64,000 nt of DNA. Origin: Escherichia coli (GTDB lineage: Bacteria; Pseudomonadota; Gammaproteobacteria; Enterobacterales; Enterobacteriaceae). The notes under the pieces are model-generated. The model did not search any database and had not been told where the DNA came from. It was given only the letters and a program-made list of their open reading frames with translations. Shown piece by piece: positions 56,417 to 64,000 of the stretch. The position numbers and the translations under genes are program-made. Each line of letters starts with the position of its first letter. Positions within the stretch are counted from its first letter, which is position 1. The DNA lies in assembly GCF_044324875.1 (NCBI RefSeq), contig NZ_CP172185.1; one strand, given 5' to 3'.

Positions 56417-57051
56417 TGTATCAGCCTGATTTTCCTCCTGTACCTTTTCGTTTAGGACTGTACCCGGTGGTGGACAGCGCACAGTGGATCGAACGTCTGT
56501 TGGATGCAGGCGTGCGTACTCTCCAGCTACGCATCAAAGATCGGCGCGATGAAGAGGTGGAAGCCGATGTCGTGGCGGCAATTACGCTGGGCCGCCGCTA
56601 TAACGCGCGATTGTTTATCAACGATTACTGGCGGCTGGCGATCAAGCATCAGGCGTATGGCGTCCATCTGGGGCAGGAAGATTTGCAAGCCACCGATCTC
56701 AGCGCCATCCGCGCGGCAGGTCTGCGACTGGGCGTTTCGACCCATGACGATATGGAGATCGACGTCGCGCTGGCAGCACGCCCCTCTTATATCGCGCTGG
56801 GACATGTGTTCCCGACGCAAACCAAACAGATGCCTTCTGCACCGCAGGGGCTGGAACAGCTGGCACGGCATGTTGAGCGCCTGGCGGATTATCCCACCGT
56901 GGCGATTGGCGGTATCAGTCTGGCGCGCGCGCCTGCGGTGATAGCAACGGGTGTCGGCAGCATCGCCGTCGTAAGCGCCATTACTCAAGCCGCAGACTGG
57001 CGTTTGGCAACGGCACAGTTGCTGGAAATTGCAGGAGTTGGCGATGAATGA
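56416..57051 (+). CDS. thiE: Thiamine-phosphate synthase ThiE (211 aa)
   Basis: [21 protein letters not shown]...; ATG overlaps the thiC TGA stop by 1 nt (ORF track starts at the preceding GTG). Confidence 0.95.
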
Positions 57052-57799
57052 CCGTGATTTTATGCGTTATAGCCGCCAAATCCTGCTCGACGATATCGCT
57101 CTTGACGGGCAGCAAAAACTGCTCGACAGCCAGGTGCTGATTATCGGTCTTGGCGGGCTGGGTACACCTGCTGCGCTATACCTGGCGGGCGCTGGCGTCG
57201 GGACGCTGGTACTGGCAGATGACGACGATGTGCATTTAAGCAATCTGCAACGACAAATCCTCTTTACCACTGAAGATATCGATCGCCCGAAATCGCAGGT
57301 CAGCCATCAGCGACTGACACAGTTGAATCCCGATATTCAACTGACAGCATTACAACAACGGTTAACGGGTGAGGCGTTAAAAGATGCGGTAGCACGGGCC
57401 GATGTGGTGCTCGACTGTACCGACAATATGGCGACTCGTCAGGAGATTAATACCGCCTGCGTGGCACTCAACACGCCGCTTATCACCGCCAGCGCGGTCG
57501 GATTTGGCGGTCAGTTGATGGTACTGACGCCGCCCTGGGAGCAGGGGTGTTACCGCTGCCTGTGGCCAGATACCCAGGATCCAGAACGCAACTGCCGCAC
57601 GGCGGGCGTGGTTGGCCCGGTGGTCGGGGTTATGGGCACTTTGCAGGCACTGGAAGCCATTAAGTTGTTAAGCGGTATAGAGACGCCTGCGGGAGAATTC
57701 CGACTGTTCGACGGTAAGTCTAGCCAGTGGCGCAGCCTGGCGCTGCGCCGCGCTACAGGTTGCCCGGTATGCGGAGGAAGCAATGCAGATCCTGTTTAA
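57044..57799 (+). CDS. thiF: ThiS adenylyltransferase ThiF (251 aa)
   Basis: [53 protein letters not shown]... (E1-like fold, CxxC pairs); ORF track starts 5 codons upstream. Confidence 0.95.
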   Translation: MNDRDFMRYSRQILLDDIALDGQQKLLDSQVLIIGLGGLGTPAALYLAGAGVGTLVLADDDDVHLSNLQRQILFTTEDIDRPKSQVSHQRLTQLNPDIQLTALQQRLTGEALKDAVARADVVLDCTDNMATRQEINTACVALNTPLITASAVGFGGQLMVLTPPWEQGCYRCLWPDTQDPERNCRTAGVVGPVVGVMGTLQALEAIKLLSGIETPAGEFRLFDGKSSQWRSLALRRATGCPVCGGSNADPV

Positions 57800-57983
57800 C
57801 GATCAACCGATGCAGTGCGCCGCCGGGCAAACGGTTCACGAACTACTGGAGCAACTCGACCAACGACAAGCGGGCGCGGCTCTGGCGATTAATCAGCAAA
57901 TCGTCCCGCGTGAGCAGTGGGCGCAACATATCGTGCAGGATGGCGACCAGATCCTGCTTTTTCAGGTTATTGCAGGGGGTTGA
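57783..57983 (+). CDS. thiS: Sulfur-carrier protein ThiS (66 aa, C-terminal GG)
   Basis: [27 protein letters not shown]...LLFQVIAGG. Confidence 0.95.
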   Translation: MQILFNDQPMQCAAGQTVHELLEQLDQRQAGAALAINQQIVPREQWAQHIVQDGDQILLFQVIAGG

Positions 57984-57984
57984 G

Positions 57985-58755
57985 ATGTTACGTATTGCGG
58001 ACAAAACGTTTGATTCACATCTGTTTACCGGCACCGGGAAATTCGCCTCATCACAACTGATGGTGGAGTCTATTCGCGCTTCCGGCAGCCAACTGGTGAC
58101 GCTGGCGATGAAACGTGTCGACTTGCGCCAGCACAACGACGCTATCCTCGAACCGCTTATCGCGGCGGGTGTGACCCTGCTACCGAATACATCCGGGGCG
58201 AAAACAGCGGAAGAAGCCATTTTCGCCGCCCATCTGGCACGTGAAGCATTAGGCACAAACTGGCTAAAATTAGAGATTCACCCTGACGCCCGCTGGCTGT
58301 TGCCCGATCCCATCGAAACCCTGAAAGCCGCCGAAACGCTGGTACAACAGGGATTTGTCGTGCTGCCTTACTGCGGGGCCGATCCGGTATTGTGTAAACG
58401 TCTGGAAGAAGTCGGCTGTGCAGCGGTGATGCCGCTCGGCGCGCCGATTGGCTCGAATCAGGGACTGGAAACCCGTGCCATGCTGGAGATTATTATCCAG
58501 CAAGCCACGGTTCCGGTGGTTGTCGATGCTGGCATCGGCGTTCCCAGCCATGCCGCGCAGGCGCTGGAAATGGGGGCCGACGCGGTGTTAGTGAATACGG
58601 CGATTGCCGTCGCGGACGATCCCGTCAACATGGCGAAGGCATTTCGTCTGGCAGTAAAAGCAGGCCTGCTGGCTCGTCAGTCCGGACCGGGCAGCCGCAG
58701 TCATTTTGCTCATGCCACCAGCCCGCTGACTGGATTTCTGGAGGCATCGGCATGA
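57985..58755 (+). CDS. thiG: Thiazole synthase ThiG (256 aa)
   Basis: [45 protein letters not shown]...; start taken at the ATG 1 nt after the thiS stop (the ORF track frame extends upstream through thiS). Confidence 0.95.
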   Translation: MLRIADKTFDSHLFTGTGKFASSQLMVESIRASGSQLVTLAMKRVDLRQHNDAILEPLIAAGVTLLPNTSGAKTAEEAIFAAHLAREALGTNWLKLEIHPDARWLLPDPIETLKAAETLVQQGFVVLPYCGADPVLCKRLEEVGCAAVMPLGAPIGSNQGLETRAMLEIIIQQATVPVVVDAGIGVPSHAAQALEMGADAVLVNTAIAVADDPVNMAKAFRLAVKAGLLARQSGPGSRSHFAHATSPLTGFLEASA

Positions 58756-59885
58756 AAACCTTCAGCGATCGCTGGCGAGAACTGGACTGGGACGACATCC
58801 GCCTGCGTATCAACGGCAAAACGGCTGCTGACGTAGAGCGGGCGCTAAATGCCTCGCAACTCACCCGCGACGATATGATGGCGCTGTTATCGCCAGCCGC
58901 CAGTGGCTATCTGGAACTACTGGCCCAACGGGCGCAGCGTCTGACCCGTCAACGATTTGGCAACACTGTTAGCTTCTACGTCCCGCTTTATCTTTCCAAT
59001 CTTTGCGCTAACGACTGCACGTACTGCGGATTCTCTATGAGCAACCGCATCAAGCGCAAAACGCTGGATGAAGCGGATATTGCCAGGGAAAGCGCCGCTA
59101 TACGGGAGATGGGCTTTGAACATCTGCTTTTAGTCACTGGTGAACATCAGGCGAAAGTGGGGATGGATTACTTTCGTCGTCATCTCCCTGCCCTGCGTGA
59201 ACAGTTCTCTTCACTACAGATGGAAGTACAGCCGCTGGCGGAGACGGAATACGCCGAGTTAAAGCAACTTGGTCTGGATGGCGTGATGGTTTATCAGGAG
59301 ACATATCACGAGGCGACTTATGCCCGCCATCATCTGAAAGGCAAAAAACAGGACTTCTTCTGGCGGCTGGAAACGCCGGATCGGCTGGGCCGTGCGGGGA
59401 TTGATAAGATAGGCCTCGGCGCGCTAATTGGCCTTTCCGACAGCTGGCGCGTTGACTGCTATATGGTTGCAGAACATTTGCTATGGCTGCAACAGCATTA
59501 CTGGCAAAGCCGCTACTCTGTCTCCTTCCCACGCCTGCGTCCATGTACTGGCGGCATTGAGCCTGCGTCGATTATGGATGAACGCCAGTTAGTGCAAACC
59601 ATCTGCGCCTTCCGGCTGCTTGCACCGGAGATTGAACTGTCACTCTCCACGCGGGAATCACCGTGGTTTCGCGATCGCGTTATTCCGCTGGCAATTAATA
59701 ACGTCAGCGCTTTTTCGAAAACGCAGCCAGGTGGCTATGCCGACAATCACCCCGAGCTGGAACAGTTCTCACCGCACGACGATCGCAGACCGGAAGCGGT
59801 TGCTGCCGCGTTAACTGCTCAGGGTTTGCAGCCGGTATGGAAAGACTGGGACAGCTTTCTGGGACGCGCCTCGCAAAGGCCATGA
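58752..59885 (+). CDS. thiH: 2-iminoacetate synthase ThiH, radical SAM tyrosine lyase (377 aa)
   Basis: [10 protein letters not shown] radical-SAM motif; 4-nt overlap with thiG. Confidence 0.95.
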   Translation: MKTFSDRWRELDWDDIRLRINGKTAADVERALNASQLTRDDMMALLSPAASGYLELLAQRAQRLTRQRFGNTVSFYVPLYLSNLCANDCTYCGFSMSNRIKRKTLDEADIARESAAIREMGFEHLLLVTGEHQAKVGMDYFRRHLPALREQFSSLQMEVQPLAETEYAELKQLGLDGVMVYQETYHEATYARHHLKGKKQDFFWRLETPDRLGRAGIDKIGLGALIGLSDSWRVDCYMVAEHLLWLQQHYWQSRYSVSFPRLRPCTGGIEPASIMDERQLVQTICAFRLLAPEIELSLSTRESPWFRDRVIPLAINNVSAFSKTQPGGYADNHPELEQFSPHDDRRPEAVAAALTAQGLQPVWKDWDSFLGRASQRP

Positions 59886-60133
59886 GACAGAATGTAAGAA
59901 CGTAAATTTATTCCGAGCCGCTACGGAAGATGAAAAACGCAAGGTTGTTGAAAGCGTTGTGTTTTTTTATGGTAGTGCCGTCAGCAGGAATGTTGTCCAG
60001 GGCGAAAAGCTTCTTCCTCGTTTCGCCCTGCCTTTCTTAAAAATTCCGTAATGCAAAGTCTGAAGCCATCGCCTGTTGAGCAATGAAAGAGATCTGATTG
60101 TAAGAGAGTAAATACTCAACTATGATAGAGACG

Positions 60134-60296
60134 AAAATAAGAACACATGTTCTCATCTTCTAGGATGCAGCAGACTGAAGAAATTCAGACATCCCGCAAC
60201 CTGCGATTATCGCAAGGTCAAGGCAAAGTCCGGTAATGGCGTTCTGAATACCAGAGATAATTCTCTGGCGAAACCCACCTTAAGGTGGGTTTTGTT
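60134..60296 (+). ncRNA. Candidate small RNA (SroH-like) in the thiH-htrC intergenic region
   Basis: Sigma70-like promoter TTGTAA-17bp-TATGAT (60098-60126) followed about 165 nt later by a strong plus-strand terminator AAACCCACC-TTAA-GGTGGGTTT + TGTTATTTT (60270-60296); no plausible ORF; K-12 is reported to encode sRNA SroH in this intergenic region (from memory). Confidence 0.35.
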
Positions 60297-60834
60297 ATTT
60301 TGAGGGCTGAGGAAGCTGCTTATTTCTCAATAAGTTGTAGGCAATGGTGAAAAATTTCACTGATTTACCTTTCTGTTTTTCAGAAATGGGATAAGCGCTA
60401 GTTACATGCAAACGAAGTTTTTTCTTTTCCCTGAAAGCCCTGAACGCAACAAAGTAAAATGCCTTGTCTCCTCCGTTTAAATCCACTTCAATCACGGCAT
60501 AGCTACCATACCCAGCATGAATAACGTTGCTTTCTGGCAGCGCCAAAATGGTTCTTTTTAAGTGTATGCGCGCTAAGTTATAACGGTGCTGGCAGAAGGG
60601 ACGAGATTCTTTAGGCGCGTGGTACATTAACGATTGTTTTTCTTCGTTAGTCTGATGTTCATAATCTTTTGTGAAGCAGTGAAGAGAGTAGGTAACCCAG
60701 AAGCGATACTCTAAAGGCTCTTTGCCCTCATGATGCTGAACGTAGACAGCCTGATGAGCATCAAGAAATGATAAATCACGAATATCACCATCCGGATGTC
60801 CAAAAGGTCGCCACTTCTCCACTTCCTGTTTCAT
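60295..60834 (-). CDS. htrC: Heat-shock protein HtrC / YjaZ (179 aa)
   Basis: 179-aa ORF MKQEVEKWRPFGHPDGDIRDLSFLDAHQAVYVQHHEGKEPLEYRF... at the K-12 htrC position downstream of rpoC. Confidence 0.85.
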   Translation of the reverse strand: MKQEVEKWRPFGHPDGDIRDLSFLDAHQAVYVQHHEGKEPLEYRFWVTYSLHCFTKDYEHQTNEEKQSLMYHAPKESRPFCQHRYNLARIHLKRTILALPESNVIHAGYGSYAVIEVDLNGGDKAFYFVAFRAFREKKKLRLHVTSAYPISEKQKGKSVKFFTIAYNLLRNKQLPQPSK

Positions 60835-60995
60835 TATCGTTCCTTAAGAAAGTCACACAGGAATAGTATCGAATTCTTGCCGAGCTTGACTCAATTAGTT
60901 CAGTCAGTTTCAGGATATTAGTCATCTCTACATTGATTATGAGTATCCAGAAATTCATTAAATATTCTGACAAATGCTCTTTCCCTAAACTACCC

Positions 60996-61025
60996 CCATA
61001 AAAAAACCCGCCGAAGCGGGTTTTT
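60996..61025 (-). terminator. Rho-independent terminator of rpoC (rpoBC operon end)
   Basis: Minus-strand hairpin AAACCCGCTTCGGCGGGTTT followed by TTTTTTATGG, about 25 bp after the rpoC stop. Confidence 0.85.
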
Positions 61026-61046
61026 ACGTTATTTGCGGATTAACGA

Positions 61047-64000
61047 TTACTCGTTATCAGAACCGCCCAGACCTGCGTTCAGCAGTTCTGCCAGGCTGGC
61101 AGATGCGTCTTCTGCAGTCACCTGCGGTGCAGCCGGAGCTTCACCCGCAGCACGGCGACGCATACGATCCTGGTGATACGCGTAACCGGTACCAGCCGGG
61201 ATCAGACGACCCACGATAACGTTCTCTTTCAGGCCGCGCAGTTCGTCGCGTTTGCCCGCAACGGCTGCTTCGGTCAGCACGCGAGTGGTCTCCTGGAACG
61301 ATGCCGCGGAGATGAAGGACTCGGTTGCCAGAGACGCTTTGGTGATACCCAGCAGATCGCGGGAGTAAGTTGCACCCACTTTGCCGTTCGCTTCCAGTTC
61401 GCGGTTTGCGATCTTGACGCGAGAGTATTCAACCTGTTCGCCTTCCAGGAAGTCGGAGCTGCCCGCGTTAACGATGGTAGCTTTACGCAGCATCTGACGA
61501 ACGATAACTTCGATGTGTTTATCGTTAATCTTAACGCCCTGCAGACGGTATACGTCCTGTACTTCGTTAACGATGTAACGAGTAACAGCATGAACACCAC
61601 GCAGACGCAGAATGTCGTGCGGCGCTTCCGGACCATCGGAAATTACGTCACCACGTTCTACACGTTCACCTTCGAACACGTTGAGCTGACGCCATTTCGG
61701 AATCATCTCTTCGTACGGATCGCTACCGTCTACCGGGGTGATAACCAGACGACGTTTACCTTTGGTTTCTTTACCGAAGGAAACGATACCGCTGATTTCA
61801 GCCAGGATTGCCGGCTCTTTCGGACGACGTGCTTCGAACAGGTCCGCAACGCGCGGCAGACCACCGGTGATGTCCTTGGTACCGCCGGATTCCTGCGGAA
61901 TACGCGCCAGGGTGTCACCAGAGCTGATCTGTACGCCATCTTCCAGCTGAACAATCGCTTTACCCGGCAGGAAGTACTGCGCTGGCATATCGGTACCCGG
62001 GATCAGAACGTCGTTACCCTGAGCATCAACGATTTTCAGTGCCGGACGCAGATCTTTACCACCTGCGGTACGTTCTGCGGAATCCAGAACCACCAGCGAA
62101 GACAGACCGGTCAATTCGTCGGTCTGACGCGTAATGGTCTGACCGTCGATCATGTCAGTAAAGCGTACAAAACCGCTTACTTCGGTGATAACCGGCATGG
62201 TGTGCGGGTCCCAGTTTGCAACGGTTTCGCCGCCAGCAACCTGTTCGCCATCGCCTTTCGCCAGTACCGCACCGTAAGGTACTTTGTAGCTTTCTTTGGT
62301 ACGACCGAATTCGTCGATCAGTTTCAGTTCGGTGTTACGGGAAGTGATAACCAGTTTACCGCTGGAGTTCACAACCGACTTCACGTTGCTGAGCTTGATG
62401 CTACCTTTGTTTTTCACCTGGATGCTGGATTCAGCAGCCGCACGAGATGCCGCACCACCGATGTGGAACGTACGCATGGTCAGCTGGGTACCCGGTTCAC
62501 CGATGGACTGTGCCGCGATAACACCGATTGCTTCACCTTTGTTGATGATGTGGCCACGCGCCAGGTCACGACCGTAGCAGTGCGCACATACACCAAAGTC
62601 GGTGTCACAAGATACAACAGAACGTACTTTAACCGCGTCGACAGAGTTCTCTTCCAGCAGGTCACACCACTGTTCGTGCAGCAGCGTGTTGCGCGGAACG
62701 AGGATATCAGCAGTACCCGGCTTCAGAACGTCTTCAGCAGTTACACGACCCAGTACGCGATCGCGCAGCGGCTCTTTAACGTCACCACCTTCGATAACCG
62801 GAGTCATCATGATACCTTCATGAGTACCACAATCGTCTTCGGTAACCACCAGGTCCTGCGCCACGTCAACCAGACGACGAGTCAGGTAACCGGAGTTCGC
62901 AGTTTTCAGTGCGGTATCCGCCAGACCTTTACGAGCACCGTGGGTGGAGATGAAGTACTGGAGTACGTTCAGACCTTCACGGAAGTTCGCGGTGATTGGC
63001 GTTTCGATGATGGAGCCATCCGGCTTCGCCATCAGACCACGCATACCAGCGAGCTGACGAATCTGTGCCGCAGAACCACGCGCACCGGAGTCGGCCATCA
63101 TGTAGATGCTGTTGAAGGAAACCTGCTTCTCTTCCTGACCGTCACGGTTAATCACGGTTTCAGTTTGCAGGTTATCCATCATCGCTTTGGATACACGATC
63201 GTTCGCCGCAGCCCAGATATCGATAACTTTGTTGTAGCGTTCGCCCGCAGTTACCAGACCAGACTGGAACTGCTCCTGAATTTCAGCAACTTCTGCTTCT
63301 GCCTCGGAGATGATTTCGTGTTTCTTCTCCGGGATGACCATGTCATCGATACCAACAGATGCACCAGAACGCGCTGCATAGGCGAAGCCGGTGTACATGA
63401 TCTGGTCCGCAAAAATAACGGTCGGTTTCAGACCGAGAATGCGGTAGCAGGTGTTCAGCATTTTGGAGATTGCTTTTTTACCCAGCGCCTGGTTGACGAT
63501 GGAGTAAGGCAGACCTTTCGGTACAATCATCCACAGAATGGCACGGCCAACAGTCGTGTCTTTCAGGCTGGTTTTCGCTACTAATTCACCGTTAGCATCT
63601 TTTTCATACTCGGTGATACGCACTTTAACGCGCGCATGCAGAGAAGCCAGACCAGAGCGATACAGACGTTCTGCTTCTTTCGGGCCAGTCAGCACCATGC
63701 CTTCGCCTTTGGCGTTAACACAGTCACGGGTCATGTAGTACAGACCCAGTACAACGTCCTGAGACGGAACGATGATTGGTTCGCCGTTCGCCGGGGAAAG
63801 GATGTTGTTGGTAGACATCATCAGCGCACGCGCTTCCAGCTGGGCTTCCAGCGTCAGCGGTACGTGAACTGCCATCTGGTCACCATCGAAGTCGGCGTTA
63901 TATGCCGCACAAACCAGCGGGTGCAGCTGGATAGCTTTACCTTCGATCAGTACCGGTTCAAATGCCTGGATACCCAGGCGGTGCAGAGTCGGTGCACGGT
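61047..64000 (-). CDS. rpoC: RNA polymerase beta' subunit RpoC, 3' ~2.95 kb (C-terminal ~984 codons; gene continues beyond window end)
   Basis: Translation contains ...[12 protein letters not shown]-adjacent region through the C-terminus (…[14 protein letters not shown]); frame remains open to position 64000. Confidence 0.97.

Noticed and set aside
61173-63584. 803-aa plus-strand ORF antisense to rpoC
   Set aside because: Low-complexity translation (T/R/V/F-rich) with no domain features; a typical stop-codon-poor antisense frame of a codon-biased gene. rpoC on the minus strand explains the region.

Overview
This window is Escherichia coli chromosome, syntenic with the K-12 MG1655 map from malK to rpoC (about 90-91 min) but presented in reverse orientation. 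Gene content in order: malK 5' end, malEFG, psiE, yjbT, yjbEFGH, pgi, lysC with its lysine riboswitch, yjbD, rluF, an L-sorbose PTS operon (sorCDFBAME) sitting between rluF and pepE, pepE, yjbB, metH, iclR, arpA, aceKAB, metA, yjaB, the complete rrnE operon (16S, tRNA-Glu, 23S, 5S on the minus strand), purHD, zraRS and zraP, yjaH, hupA, yjaG, nfi, hemE, nudC, rsd, thiCEFSGH with its TPP riboswitch, htrC, and the 3' ~2.95 kb of rpoC. Every long ORF is explained by a well-known gene whose length matches the reference protein; gene identities rest on recognising the translated products and on synteny, not on database searches. I found no CRISPR array, IS element, prophage or unexplained multi-gene block, so I do not see convincing evidence of an undescribed system. 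Three departures from the K-12 layout deserve a second look: (1) a 141-bp element with 17-bp terminal inverted repeats and a flanking CTTAG direct repeat inserted between hemE and nfi, (2) the sor accessory operon with REP elements at its pepE-side junction, and (3) the absence of xylE between malG and psiE. All comparisons with K-12 are from memory and need confirming by alignment.
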